From a virus (lineage: Duplodnaviria > Caudoviricetes): a stretch of DNA of 64,000 bases. This document shows positions 29,526-39,550 of this stretch, one piece after another. Every line of letters starts with the position of its first letter. Positions within the stretch are counted from its first letter, which is position 1. The position numbers were made by a program, and so were the translations under genes. The stretch is taken from the IMG/VR virus record IMGVR_UViG_2862611759_000001; one strand, written 5' to 3'. A model generated the notes under the pieces. That model did no database searches and was not told the origin of the DNA. It worked only from the letters and a program-made list of their open reading frames with translations.

Positions 29526-29558
29526 GCCCCGCCCCGCTTCCCGGGGGCGGGGCTTTTT
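29526..29558 (+). terminator. Rho-independent terminator
   Basis: GCCCCGCCCC...GGGGCGGGGC followed by TTTTT. Confidence 0.8.
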
Positions 29559-29571
29559 GCTGCCCCCACAC

Positions 29572-29613
29572 AGCCATAACCTATTGCTCGTGCCATAGGT
29601 TATGGCTTATGGT
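29572..29613 (+). promoter_or_regulatory. Operator O3 with promoter
   Basis: CCATAACCTATTG-CTCGTG-CCATAGGTTATGG. TTGCTC-18-TATGGT. Confidence 0.8.
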
Positions 29614-29679
29614 GGTGGAGCCGACAACGCACCAGCCCAGCAACGGGCAGGTGGGAGTTCCCAGTTCAGGAGCGCAGCG

Positions 29680-30024
29680 ATGAGCGTCATAAGCCCCGCC
29701 CGCCCGACCAGCCAGACCGCCGACTACGGCGAGCTCGGCCCCCACACCAAGGCCCTCCTCGACCACGCCCTGGAGCAGGCCGACAACACCGTCGACAACG
29801 CCGAGTTCCGCATCCTCATGGAGACGGCCGCCAGCCTCGCCAAGCTCGACATCCCGCGCGGCCACGACATCGCCAAGTGCGCCTGCCCCGACTGCCACTG
29901 CGGCGCCCTCTTCGACACCGCCGCCCCCGGCCTCCGCACGGTGGAGGACTCCAACGGCTACAACCTGCCGCTCCTCCAGTGCGCCCGCTGCGCCGACGAG
30001 CACCCCGTCCCCGACGAGGACTGA
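29680..30024 (+). CDS. Hypothetical Zn-binding protein
   Basis: AGGAG RBS. CACPDCHC and CARC. Confidence 0.6.
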   Translation: MSVISPARPTSQTADYGELGPHTKALLDHALEQADNTVDNAEFRILMETAASLAKLDIPRGHDIAKCACPDCHCGALFDTAAPGLRTVEDSNGYNLPLLQCARCADEHPVPDED

Positions 30025-30122
30025 CCCCCAGCACCGGTCCGGCCGCCAGGTCGAGGAACCCGCTCCCTGGCGGCCGGACCGGACCAACCACAGACCCACC
30101 CCGAACGCACCGGGAGACACCC

Positions 30123-30557
30123 ATGTCCGAGACCGCCCGCCTCCTCCGCGCCGCCCAGCAGGTCCTGCACGAGCACGGCCTCCTCGACTCCGACCTCGGC
30201 AACTTCGCCGACCCCGATGGACGCCTCGACATCGTCGCCGCCATCTACCGCGCCGCCACCGGCACCACCCCGGACTGCTTCATCAACGCCCCCAAGATCG
30301 CCCGGCAGCTCATCGACGCGAACGAGTTGGTCACGGACGCCATCCGCTGGGTCTCCGCCGTCCTGCCGACCTACCCCTCGCACGACCAGGGCACTGGCAT
30401 CGACGACCACATCGAGCACCTCGCCTTCTGGGTCCTCGAACCCGACTTCTTCCTTGACCGCTGCCCCAACACCTCCGACGCCATCGGCGTCCTGGGCCGG
30501 GCCGCGCAGACCGCTGACGCGTGCACCGACATCCCCGACCTGCGCCCCGCCGCCTGA
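30123..30557 (+). CDS. Hypothetical phage protein (DUF6197-like)
   Basis: LLRAAQQVLHEHG...GRLDIVAAI...VLGRAA. Confidence 0.55.
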   Translation: MSETARLLRAAQQVLHEHGLLDSDLGNFADPDGRLDIVAAIYRAATGTTPDCFINAPKIARQLIDANELVTDAIRWVSAVLPTYPSHDQGTGIDDHIEHLAFWVLEPDFFLDRCPNTSDAIGVLGRAAQTADACTDIPDLRPAA

Positions 30558-30628
30558 CCACCCGTCCACCGCACGCCGGGGGCCCGCCCGCCCCCGCCCC
30601 CGGCGCCCGCCCAGAACGGAGTTCCGCC

Positions 30629-30895
30629 ATGAGCCTCATGACCCTCACCACGAGCATCACCGGCGGCCACGACCCCGACCTCTACGCCGGCCGCGCCGAC
30701 GCCTACGACGAGCACGCCCAGGGCGCCACCCTCACCGAACTCGCCCACCGCGCCGCCGTCATCGCCGACCTCCACCCCTCCACCGGCTACGCCCTCGGCT
30801 ACGCCGACCGCGTCTTGGAGATCCGCCGCGAGGAGCAGGGTCACGTCGCCGTCGAGACCGAGAACGCCCACACCGAGCGCCCCCGCCCCCAGTAG
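30629..30895 (+). CDS. Hypothetical protein
   Basis: GGAG RBS, C-rich codon usage. Confidence 0.55.
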   Translation: MSLMTLTTSITGGHDPDLYAGRADAYDEHAQGATLTELAHRAAVIADLHPSTGYALGYADRVLEIRREEQGHVAVETENAHTERPRPQ

Positions 30896-30917
30896 CCCAC
30901 GCCCCGAGGACACAGCC

Positions 30918-31325
30918 ATGGCGCACAACCTGCGCATCGACCCGACCACGCCCGAAGGCGAAGCGATCGTCACCCTGTTCAACCTCATCCAGGCCGACGA
31001 GGAGGAGGACGGGACATGGAATGCCGTCGACGCCGTCGACACCCTCTGCCGCTGGTTCCGCGAGCGGGGCATCGACATCGACGCCGGCCCGATCGAACCC
31101 CACGCGACCGGTCCCGAACCGCTCATCGTGTCCCGCTTCGACATCGCCATGGAGCCCGCGCCCGAGGAGGACCCGGTCCTCACCATCGGCGCCATCGCTG
31201 ACAACGCACAGCCCGTGGCGCTGCTCTTCGACCGCGAGGACCGCGTCAAGGTCGCCCACTGGCTCCTCGGCGGAGAGCAGGACGACATCCGGATCCGGCG
31301 TACCCGCCACGCGGAGCGCTCGTGA
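30918..31325 (+). CDS. Hypothetical acidic protein
   Basis: GAGGA RBS. Confidence 0.6.
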   Translation: MAHNLRIDPTTPEGEAIVTLFNLIQADEEEDGTWNAVDAVDTLCRWFRERGIDIDAGPIEPHATGPEPLIVSRFDIAMEPAPEEDPVLTIGAIADNAQPVALLFDREDRVKVAHWLLGGEQDDIRIRRTRHAERS

Positions 31326-31450
31326 CCGGGCCCGCCGCCATCGCCATCGTCCTCGGCCTCATCGCCGCCGCCCTGGTCGCGCTCTCCCAGCACGGCCTCG
31401 GCACCCGCACTCTCCCGCCCCAGGACCCTCCGGACGGAGACCAGCCGTGA
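31322..31450 (+). CDS. Small membrane peptide
   Basis: GTGA overlaps on both sides, single TM helix. Confidence 0.45.
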   Translation: MTGPAAIAIVLGLIAAALVALSQHGLGTRTLPPQDPPDGDQP

Positions 31451-31923
31451 CCACCAGCACCCACGCCGCCCCCGCGCCGATACCCGTCCGCCCCCACCCC
31501 GCCGCCGACCACCGGCCGTTCATCACCGAGGCGCAGACGGCCGCGTACACCGCCGCCCTCCGCGCCGGAGTCACCCGCCTCACCATCACCGGCTGGGAGC
31601 AGCAGGCCGACGGCTCCCTCCTCCAGATCCTCCCCACCGGCGCCGCCCTCGCCTACAGCCCCGGCACCCCCCTCACCGCACTCACCCCCTGCGCGGCCGG
31701 CGTACGGCACCCGCACCCCGTCGCCACCCTCGCCGACCTCCGCAACGCCCAGGCCGACGCCGCCGCCTGCACCTCGGCCCACCGGCCGCCCACACGGCCC
31801 GAGCCGACGCCCGCCGTCCGGCCCCTCGCCGACGCCTTCCCCCACGGCCCCGGCGCGGACACCCAGCCCCTCGACGTCACCACCCTCCGCGCCGACCACG
31901 CCCAGGAGCACTCCCATGGCTGA
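31447..31923 (+). CDS. Hypothetical protein
   Basis: Coupled start, GGAG RBS. Confidence 0.5.
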   Translation: MTTSTHAAPAPIPVRPHPAADHRPFITEAQTAAYTAALRAGVTRLTITGWEQQADGSLLQILPTGAALAYSPGTPLTALTPCAAGVRHPHPVATLADLRNAQADAAACTSAHRPPTRPEPTPAVRPLADAFPHGPGADTQPLDVTTLRADHAQEHSHG

Positions 31924-32908
31924 CACCACCACCATCGAGTGGACCGACCGCACCTGGAACCCGACGACGGGCTGCACCCAGATCTCGGCCGGCTGCGACC
32001 ACTGCTACGCCAAGACCATCGCCGAGCGCTTCCGCGGCACCGCCGCTTTCCCCCACGGATTCGACGTCCGCATCCGCGACGAGAAGGTCAACGCCCCGCT
32101 CTCCTGGCGGCGCCCGGCGAAGGTCTTCGTCAACTCCATGTCGGACCTGTTCCACCAGGACGTCGACGAGGCCTGGATCGCGAACATCGTTGCCGTCATG
32201 GCCGCCGCCCGCCGCCACACCTTCCAGCTCCTCACCAAGCGGCACGCCCGCATGCGGTCCCTGTTCACCGACCCGAACTTCACCGCCCAGGTGTGTACGC
32301 TCGCCCGCGGCAAGGGTCTCCCCGACGCCGACTGGGCCTGGCCCCTGCCCAACCTGTGGCTCGGCGTGTCTGTCGAGAACCAGCAGTGGGCGGACATCCG
32401 CGTCCCCGTCCTCCTCGGCACCCCCGCCGCCGTCCGCTGGATCTCCGCCGAACCCCTCCTCGGCCCCGTCGACCTCCACCCGTGGCTCAAGCGCCCCCAG
32501 CTCCCCGCCTGCGTCCGCTGCGCCCCGCTCGGCCCCGTCGACTACCACGACAGGCACGTCTGGGGCCGCTGCTCCTGCTCCTGCCACCCCGCCTCCCGCC
32601 CCGGCGTCGACTGGGTCGTCGCCGGGGGCGAGTCCGGGCACGGCGCCCGCCCCGCGCACCCCGACTGGTTCCGCACCCTCCGCGACCAGTGCGCCGCCGC
32701 CCACGTCCCGTTCCTGTTCAAGCAGTGGGGCGACTACGCGCCCACCGGCTACCTCGTCATCGGCGGCCCCCGCGAGAAGGGCAACATCGCCTTCGGCGAC
32801 CCCGTCGACGACCTCGGACACCGCGTCGAGATGAAGCGCGCCGGCAAGAAGGCCGCCGGCCGCGACCTCGACGGCCGCATCCACGACGACTACCCGGTCG
32901 GTGCGTGA
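31916..32908 (+). CDS. Phage Gp37/Gp68 (DUF5131) family protein
   Basis: IEWTDRTWNPTTGCTQISAGCDHCYA, FVNSMSDLFH, LLTKR, WVVAGGESG, FKQWG. Confidence 0.9.
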   Translation: MADTTTIEWTDRTWNPTTGCTQISAGCDHCYAKTIAERFRGTAAFPHGFDVRIRDEKVNAPLSWRRPAKVFVNSMSDLFHQDVDEAWIANIVAVMAAARRHTFQLLTKRHARMRSLFTDPNFTAQVCTLARGKGLPDADWAWPLPNLWLGVSVENQQWADIRVPVLLGTPAAVRWISAEPLLGPVDLHPWLKRPQLPACVRCAPLGPVDYHDRHVWGRCSCSCHPASRPGVDWVVAGGESGHGARPAHPDWFRTLRDQCAAAHVPFLFKQWGDYAPTGYLVIGGPREKGNIAFGDPVDDLGHRVEMKRAGKKAAGRDLDGRIHDDYPVGA

Positions 32909-33243
32909 TGGCCCGACGCCGAGGACCCCGTCCGAACAACCGAGGCAACCACAACACCAGCGTCAGCACCCCCGACCGCTACCGCCTCCTCATCACCTGG
33001 CCCCACGGCGCCCACAGCCACAGCGCCATCAACGGCCTTATCGCCGCCATGGCCATGGAGATGCTCCGCCGACACGCCCCCGACATCGCCAACAGCCTCG
33101 CCGACCACCTCGACAGCATCTTCACCGTCGGCGACATCGGCGGCCCCGCCTACCGCACCGCCCAGGCCCTCGGCCACGACCCCGACCAGTGGATCGCCGA
33201 CTACGACGAGCGCGCTGCCGCCAGGAAGGCGGACGCCACGTGA
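32908..33243 (+). CDS. Hypothetical protein
   Basis: TGATG overlap. Confidence 0.5.
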   Translation: MARRRGPRPNNRGNHNTSVSTPDRYRLLITWPHGAHSHSAINGLIAAMAMEMLRRHAPDIANSLADHLDSIFTVGDIGGPAYRTAQALGHDPDQWIADYDERAAARKADAT

Positions 33244-33770
33244 CCACCCCCACCGACACCTGGCACCAGGCCGTCGTCATCACCGTCCAGGGCACGCCCG
33301 CCGGACAAGGACAGATCTCCTTCCTCGGCAAGGGCCGCGGAGCCCGCCACACCAACGAGAAGACCCTCAAGCCCTGGCGGGCCGCCATCATCACAGCCGT
33401 CCGCAAGAAGACCGGCGTCCACGGGTACCTCGACCCCCGCCGCACCGGCACCTGCGTGATCTGCCGCACCGCCAAGGACGCCCACGGCCTCTACGCCAAC
33501 ATCCCCACCGGCGCGCAGATCACCATCACCGTGCCCAAGCCGGCCAACGCCCCCAAGCGGCGCCGGTCCTGGCCCATCACCCGGTACAGCACCGACGTCG
33601 ACCACCACGCCCGCGCCGTCCTCGACTCCCTGTCCGAGTCCGGCGTCATCAAGGACGACTCCCAGATCGTCGACCTCACCGTACGCAAGGTCTACCCCGG
33701 CGAACACCCCGAAGCCCTCCCCGCGCCCGGCGCCGTCATCCGCCTCTACACCCTCGGAGACCCCTCATGA
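33240..33770 (+). CDS. rusA: RusA-family Holliday junction resolvase
   Basis: VQGTPAGQG, PWRAAI, DVDHHARAVLDSL...IKDDSQIV. Confidence 0.8.
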   Translation: MTTPTDTWHQAVVITVQGTPAGQGQISFLGKGRGARHTNEKTLKPWRAAIITAVRKKTGVHGYLDPRRTGTCVICRTAKDAHGLYANIPTGAQITITVPKPANAPKRRRSWPITRYSTDVDHHARAVLDSLSESGVIKDDSQIVDLTVRKVYPGEHPEALPAPGAVIRLYTLGDPS

Positions 33771-34441
33771 TCACGCTCACCCGCCGTCCCATAACACCGG
33801 CCGTTTCTGCCCGGACTGGCGACACCTGGCGGGGCAGCGCTGCCTGCGCCAGCGTCGGGCGGGACGCGTTCTACGACGGCTCCGTGGACGGGCAGAAGAC
33901 CGCCCGGCAGGTGTGCGTTCGCTGCCCCGTGCTGATGCAGTGCCTGAGCGGCACCGCGGCCGAGGAGGCCTGGAGCCAGGACCGGTGGGGCATGGCCGCC
34001 GGACTGACCGCCCCGCAGCGCCTCGCCCTGGTGTGGGAGGAGCGTCTGCACGGCGCCCGGCCCGACGTCACGAAGGCCGGGCAGCTGATCGGCTGGGACT
34101 GGATGAGGAAGCTGCGCCATCTTCACGAGCAGCGCCTCACCCTGGACGAGATCACCAGGGCGATCGGCGGCACGACTCCCCAGCACCTGGTGACGACGCG
34201 TCTGGCGCTGTGGTGGCTGGACCTGGACGGCACTCGGGCGCAGCTGCGGGCGGACGGTGAGCTCACCCCGAAGTGGCAGCGGGTCGCGGATGCACACGGG
34301 CCGGAGATCGCGCGGGTGCTGAAGGCGGGCGGGAACCGGTTCGACGTGTCGGCGTACCTGGGTGTCAGCGTCTCCTGCGCCGAGAAGGCCATCACCTTCG
34401 TGAACAAGTCGATGGTGGCGGCGCTGGAGGTGGCGGCGTGA
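33767..34441 (+). CDS. WhiB-family regulator with C-terminal HTH
   Basis: WRGSAAC...ARQVCVRCPVLMQC...WGMAAGLTAPQR. Confidence 0.75.
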   Translation: MITLTRRPITPAVSARTGDTWRGSAACASVGRDAFYDGSVDGQKTARQVCVRCPVLMQCLSGTAAEEAWSQDRWGMAAGLTAPQRLALVWEERLHGARPDVTKAGQLIGWDWMRKLRHLHEQRLTLDEITRAIGGTTPQHLVTTRLALWWLDLDGTRAQLRADGELTPKWQRVADAHGPEIARVLKAGGNRFDVSAYLGVSVSCAEKAITFVNKSMVAALEVAA

Positions 34442-34998
34442 TGGGCGAGCTCAGCGCGGAGGCACGCGGCGACATGGCGCAGGCGATGCTGCCGGAGGCC
34501 GCCGGCCTGATCGTCGACGTGCACGAGGGGTCGGCGCAGGACATCCGGTCCCGGCTCCAGGGGCTCACCCGGCACGAGCTAGAGGCCCTGGCCGTCGTGG
34601 TTGCCGCACTGGCTGACCCGGAGAGGCCTGTGCTGGACGCGCTGAGGTGGGTGGACTTCGACGAGTACGGCGACCACGTGCCGGTATCGACGTCGCGGTC
34701 GGCGCGCAGGGTGCGGGATGCCGTGCCGAACGCCGCGCCGCGCGGCCATGGCATTGACGTGGTGGCGGTGGACCGGGCTCTGACCCCGGGGGACTCGGTG
34801 TGGCTGTCTTCGCCGGAGCGCGCGTTCGCCGTGGACGTCGGGATCCGGCGCGGCATGCCGTACGAGGACGTCGCGGAGCGCCTCGGGATGACTGTCGCGG
34901 CCGTCCAGAAGGCGTGGACGCGCGCGAAGGAGCGTGCACTCGCGGAAGGCCGGCCTGTTCCGAGGCAGCCGGTGGGACAGATCGGGAACGTCGCCTGA
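34441..34998 (+). CDS. HTH (sigma region 4-like) DNA-binding protein
   Basis: LSSPERAF...[24 protein letters not shown]. Confidence 0.6.
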   Translation: MGELSAEARGDMAQAMLPEAAGLIVDVHEGSAQDIRSRLQGLTRHELEALAVVVAALADPERPVLDALRWVDFDEYGDHVPVSTSRSARRVRDAVPNAAPRGHGIDVVAVDRALTPGDSVWLSSPERAFAVDVGIRRGMPYEDVAERLGMTVAAVQKAWTRAKERALAEGRPVPRQPVGQIGNVA

Positions 34999-35024
34999 GC
35001 GGCGAGGAGAGAGGAGCAGGACGC

Positions 35025-35570
35025 ATGGCTGGAGAGACCGTGATGACGGTGGTCGGGAACCTGGTGGATGATCCCGAGCTGCGGTTCACGCCGGCGGGGG
35101 CGGCGGTGGCGAAGTTCCGGATTGCGTCGACGCCGAGGACGTTCGACCGGCAGACGAACGAGTGGCGGGACGGCGAGTCGCTGTTCCTGCCGTGCACGGT
35201 GTGGCGGCAGGCGGCGGAGCACGTGGCGGAGTCCTTGCAGAAGGGGATGCGGGTGCTCGTGGTGGGTCGGCTTCGGCAGCGGTCGTACGAGGACCGGGAG
35301 GGTGTGAAGCGGACGGTGTTCGAGCTGGAGGTGGAGGAGGTGGGGCCGTCGCTGCGGTCGGCGACGGCGAGGGTGACGAAGGCCGGCGCGGGGCGTGGGG
35401 CGTACGAGTCGGCGCGGCGGGAGCAGGGGGCGGAGTCGGTGCAGGATCCGTGGACGTCGGGTACGCCGGGTACGGGCGGTGGGGCGGGGGGCGGTTCGTG
35501 GGGCGCCGGTGCTGGGTCCGGTGGTGGCGGGTCGTGGGGTGGCGGGGGAGTGGACGAGCCGCCGTTCTGA
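35025..35570 (+). CDS. ssb: Single-stranded DNA-binding protein
   Basis: [23 protein letters not shown], Gly-rich tail ending DEPPF. Confidence 0.95.
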   Translation: MAGETVMTVVGNLVDDPELRFTPAGAAVAKFRIASTPRTFDRQTNEWRDGESLFLPCTVWRQAAEHVAESLQKGMRVLVVGRLRQRSYEDREGVKRTVFELEVEEVGPSLRSATARVTKAGAGRGAYESARREQGAESVQDPWTSGTPGTGGGAGGGSWGAGAGSGGGGSWGGGGVDEPPF

Positions 35571-35586
35571 CGGGGTGTTGGTGTGT

Positions 35587-35620
35587 GGCCCGGTCCCGGG
35601 TGGGGCCGGGCCCTTCTTTT
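35587..35620 (+). terminator. Terminator after ssb
   Basis: GGCCCGGTCCC...GGGGCCGGGCC hairpin followed by TTCTTTT. Confidence 0.65.
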
Positions 35621-35631
35621 CCCCTCGAACT

Positions 35632-35671
35632 TCATAACCTATTGTGCGAGCAATAGGTTATGGATTAGGCT
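35632..35671 (+). promoter_or_regulatory. Operator O4 with promoter
   Basis: TCATAACCTATTG-TGCGAG-CAATAGGTTATGG. TTGTGC-18-TAGGCT. Confidence 0.8.
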
Positions 35672-35727
35672 GGCGGAGCCGACAACGACCCAACGGGCAA
35701 CAGCCCAGGGATGGAAGGGGAACCCAC

Positions 35728-35907
35728 ATGGCCACCGTCACCCTCATCGAGCCCAACGGCTACACCGTCACCACCCACCGCGACGTCCCCACCGACCAGG
35801 TCGACACCATCACCACCCACCTGATCGAGACCGTCGCCCCCGAGCACGCCTCCCAGTGGGCCGACTTCGGCTACAACGCCCGCGACTACACCGTCCGCGT
35901 CCGCTAG
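35728..35907 (+). CDS. Small hypothetical protein (59 aa)
   Basis: GGAAGGGG RBS, first gene after O4, followed by a hairpin. Confidence 0.6.
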   Translation: MATVTLIEPNGYTVTTHRDVPTDQVDTITTHLIETVAPEHASQWADFGYNARDYTVRVR

Positions 35908-36144
35908 CCGCCCCAGACCGGCTCCCCGCCCGCAACGGGGAGCCGACCGCCCTCCCCACTCCCCCCACCCGGGGAGGGCGGACCCCGGGCAGGCACCCGG
36001 ATATCGCGGGCCCGCGCGACTCCCCCTTCCGCGCACCGACCCCGCTTCCGACGAGTGCCGCCCAACCCCGGCCGCGCGCCCCGTACTCCCCCTTCCGGGG
36101 CGCGCGGCCCACCCCCGCCGACCTCGACTGAGCGGAGAAACAGC

Positions 36145-36903
36145 ATGGCCACGTACGCGACCGCCCAGAACATCGGGCTGCGCTCCCACCAGTGCGACGC
36201 CACCGCCGTGTTCACCGCCCCCGACGGCACCACCGCATACGCACTCCTCGACGGCATCGGCTCCACGCCCACCATCCGGGACTGGACCCGCACGGCCGCC
36301 CGGAGCCTCGCCCGCGCCGCCGCCCGCACCGGCGACGCCGAGCACGGCCTGCGGACCGAGTACCTGCGCTACGCCGCCGAGCCGGACAGGAACGACCCTT
36401 TCACCCGCGACGGGATGCCCGCGGCCGCCGCCGTCGTCGCCGTCACCGCGCCCGGCGCGCGCCTCTCCCTCGCCTGGTGCGGCGACTCCCGCGCCTACAC
36501 CCTCACCCCCGACGGCCCCGCCATCCGCCTCACCCGCGACCACAACCTCCGCCGCGTCTGGCCGCCCCAGAACGGCCACCGCGGCGGGAACCGCAACGTC
36601 ATCACCTCGTACCTCGGCAGCACCCTCACCGAAGGCGAGTGCACTGAGCACTTCGGACACCCGCCCATCGAGACCCACACCCTGCCGCCCGGCCCCGTCC
36701 GGCTGCTCCTCGCCTCCGACGGCGCCTACGAACCGTACGAGGACGCCGAGCAGGACCTCGCCCCGCTGCTCACAGGCCCCAGCCTGCGCAGCCTCGCCCG
36801 CAAGTTCGCCGACGGCGCCGTCAAGACGTCGCTCGCCGCCCGCCCGGACAACCCGTACGCCGACAACGCCACCGTCCTCATCGCCGACATCCCCACCACC
36901 TGA
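36145..36903 (+). CDS. PP2C/PPM-family Ser/Thr protein phosphatase
   Basis: LLDGIG, WCGDSRAY, LTRDHN, LLASDG and DNAT motifs. Confidence 0.85.
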   Translation: MATYATAQNIGLRSHQCDATAVFTAPDGTTAYALLDGIGSTPTIRDWTRTAARSLARAAARTGDAEHGLRTEYLRYAAEPDRNDPFTRDGMPAAAAVVAVTAPGARLSLAWCGDSRAYTLTPDGPAIRLTRDHNLRRVWPPQNGHRGGNRNVITSYLGSTLTEGECTEHFGHPPIETHTLPPGPVRLLLASDGAYEPYEDAEQDLAPLLTGPSLRSLARKFADGAVKTSLAARPDNPYADNATVLIADIPTT

Positions 36904-36923
36904 ACCGCCCCTTGGAGAACCAC

Positions 36924-37370
36924 ATGTCCCTCGTCACCCGGGACCCCGCCACAGGCCTCCGCCGAGGCGCGGTCGTCTACCCCGACGGTCAGCCGCCGAC
37001 CCCGTACGGCTGCCGCTGGTGCGGCACCGACCAGCGCGCGCACTTCCAGCAGTGGAAGGCGTCGGCCCGCTGGCACACCTGGGCTCCGCCCACCCAGGCG
37101 CCTCGGCCATCGTCCTGGGGCTCGTACTCCGCCCCGCCGTCTGACCGCCCGGTTCCACTACCCGCACACACAGGAGCAGCCATGCGCAGCAACCGCACCG
37201 CCACCATCCAGACCACCTGCGACCACGAGGACTGCACCGGCTACGCGATCACCGCCGGCATGTCCGCGACCCGCGAGGAGCGGGACGCGAACCACCGCCG
37301 GACGCTCGCTGCCGACGGCTGGACGGATGTGGAGGGCCGCGACTACTGCCCCGACCACCCCGCCGCCTGA
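36924..37370 (+). CDS. Cys-rich hypothetical ORF, probably two fused small genes (second start at 37182)
   Basis: GCRWC...H in the first half. Internal AGGAG RBS and ATG at 37182 (CDHEDC...GW...DYCPDH). Confidence 0.5.
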   Translation: MSLVTRDPATGLRRGAVVYPDGQPPTPYGCRWCGTDQRAHFQQWKASARWHTWAPPTQAPRPSSWGSYSAPPSDRPVPLPAHTGAAMRSNRTATIQTTCDHEDCTGYAITAGMSATREERDANHRRTLAADGWTDVEGRDYCPDHPAA

Positions 37371-37443
37371 CCCCGCACGCAAGCCGGCCGCCCCGCGGGC
37401 TAGGCGGGGCGGCCCCCCACCAGCCTTCCACACCACCAGGAGC

Positions 37444-38676
37444 ATGACCATGACCGACCAGACCGCCACCCGCGCCGAGACCATCTCCGCCCTCATGGCC
37501 TCCATCCAGGAGTACCGCGCCCTCCAGCAGCCCCTCGTCGACGCCCTCCGCCGCATCCGCGACGACATGGACCGGGCCAGCAAGAGCGGCGACGAGTGGG
37601 CCATGGAGTGGCTGGGCGACGTCTGGAACGACCTGCCCCTCGCTGCCCGCGCTGCAGGCGGTGACCAGGACGCGGCGCAGGAGCTCGCGGCCACGGTCCG
37701 GGACGCCGCCCGCCAGGCCGCCGGACAGCCGGCCGCCGAGCACCCCATGGCCCGCGCGCTCCGCCTCGGCGCAGCCACCATCCCCGACGAGATCGTCGCC
37801 GAGATCAGCGAATCCACGAACAGTGGCCTCCCGCTGCCCTGGCCGGAGTACACCGACCGTGACGCCGAGGTGTGGCACCTAACCGACGAGACGCACGACG
37901 GTGACCGGGTGATGCTGCCTTCGGCTGGCGACATGGCACCCATGCTGCGCCGGGACGTACAGCGCTTCTTCGGCCCGCTGACCGCCGCCGGACAGCCGGC
38001 CCCCGACGAGCAGCGCGTGGCCGAGCTGGAGGCCGAGATCGTGCAGCTCCGCGAGAAGCACGAGGCCAGCCTGCGCCGGGCCGATCAGGTCAACAACGAG
38101 CTGATGCTGGAAGTCCAGGGGTACGCCGAAGGCACCGAGCGCCCCGTGCTGTGGTCGGTCTACAACCAGATGCACAACCGGGCGATCACTGCCGAGGCCA
38201 AGCTCGCCAGCACCCCCGTTGCCGGGCTGGTCCCGGCCACCAACCATGACACCGACACCACGGCGCGCGACCGCATCGACATCCACACCTACTTCGGTCT
38301 CTCGTACGCCAACTACCTCGTCGTCCCCCGCGCCCTCCTGCAGTCGATGCCGATCCAGTGGCAGGAGCAGTTCACTGGACTGCTCAATGAGCTCGACGAC
38401 ACCTTCCGGGGCGTACCGCAGGCGCAGGCGTACGACGTCACCGCTGGGAAGCACATCCAGCTCAAGGACATGACCGACTCCCAGCTGCGTGCCGCCGGCG
38501 TCAGCGTCGAGAACGACGGCCCCTACGGCCCGACCGACGAGACCCGCTACCACCGTGTCCGCGACGGCCAGGAGATGACCGGTGACGACTACGGCTTCGT
38601 CCCCGGTGTGGACCCGGTCCCGCACTACAACCGCGGCCGCACCCGCGTGCCGTCCACCACCATGAAGGAGATCTGA
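37444..38676 (+). CDS. Multi-domain hypothetical phage protein
   Basis: AGGAG RBS, coiled coil, C-terminal HTYFGLSYANYLVVPRALLQSMP block. Confidence 0.65.
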   Translation: MTMTDQTATRAETISALMASIQEYRALQQPLVDALRRIRDDMDRASKSGDEWAMEWLGDVWNDLPLAARAAGGDQDAAQELAATVRDAARQAAGQPAAEHPMARALRLGAATIPDEIVAEISESTNSGLPLPWPEYTDRDAEVWHLTDETHDGDRVMLPSAGDMAPMLRRDVQRFFGPLTAAGQPAPDEQRVAELEAEIVQLREKHEASLRRADQVNNELMLEVQGYAEGTERPVLWSVYNQMHNRAITAEAKLASTPVAGLVPATNHDTDTTARDRIDIHTYFGLSYANYLVVPRALLQSMPIQWQEQFTGLLNELDDTFRGVPQAQAYDVTAGKHIQLKDMTDSQLRAAGVSVENDGPYGPTDETRYHRVRDGQEMTGDDYGFVPGVDPVPHYNRGRTRVPSTTMKEI

Positions 38677-38678
38677 GC

Positions 38679-39239
38679 ATGACCGTTCGCAGCGTCTACC
38701 TCGACACCGAATTCCTCCCCGCCGACCCCACCAACCGCGGGCTCGTCTCCATTGGCCTCACCGACGACCAGGGCCGCTCGTACTACGCGGTCAACCGCGA
38801 CATGGACGTCGCCGCAGTGCTCGCCGTCCCGTGGATGGTGAACAACGTCGTGCGCTTCCTGCCGCTGAACCGGGGAGCCGACGGCGAAGGCTCGGCCCAG
38901 GACTTGGACTGGGAGCACAACGACATGAAGTCCCTCGAGACGATCCGCAAGGAGGTGGCCCAGTACTTCGCGGACACCGACGCGTCGGAGACCCGGCTGT
39001 ACGCGTACTACGGCGGGCAGGACATCGGCCGGCTGCACATGCTCTGGGACAACAATTGGGCCCTGATGCCGGAGTTCATCCCGCAGTGGTTCACCGAGCT
39101 CCAGGCGCTCATCGTCGACGCTGGGAATCCGCGGCTGCCCGAGCAGCCGGCCGGTGCGCACCACGCGCTCGCCGACGCCGAGCACAACCGGAGGATCCAC
39201 GAACACCTCATGGCCTTGGGGGAGGCGCGCTCGGCATGA
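38679..39239 (+). CDS. DEDDh 3'-5' exo(ribo)nuclease (RNase AS-like)
   Basis: YLDTEF, LVSIGL, HHALADA. Confidence 0.8.
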   Translation: MTVRSVYLDTEFLPADPTNRGLVSIGLTDDQGRSYYAVNRDMDVAAVLAVPWMVNNVVRFLPLNRGADGEGSAQDLDWEHNDMKSLETIRKEVAQYFADTDASETRLYAYYGGQDIGRLHMLWDNNWALMPEFIPQWFTELQALIVDAGNPRLPEQPAGAHHALADAEHNRRIHEHLMALGEARSA

Positions 39240-39550
39240 CGCGTACGAGTCGCACGGCGGGTCCGTCACCGGCTGGTGGCGGACCCGCTGCCATTCCTCC
39301 CACTGTGGGTGCCCCGCACCTGTCGCCGCGGCAGCTCGACATCCTGCGGCTGACGGCCAACGGATACACCGACCAGGCGACCGCCCGCCGTCTCGGGCTC
39401 AGCATCCACACCGTCCGCGATCAGTGGCGGTGGGGGATCCGGCCCAGGCTCGGCGCCGCCAACCACTCGCATGCCGTGGCGCTGGCCTTCAGTGCAGGCC
39501 TGCTCACCGAATCCGACGTTCACCAACACCGGCAGGAGAGTGCCGCATGA
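39236..39550 (+). CDS. LuxR-type HTH protein
   Basis: LSPRQLDILRLTANGYTDQATARRLGLSIHTV...HAVALA. Confidence 0.8.
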   Translation: MTRTSRTAGPSPAGGGPAAIPPTVGAPHLSPRQLDILRLTANGYTDQATARRLGLSIHTVRDQWRWGIRPRLGAANHSHAVALAFSAGLLTESDVHQHRQESAA

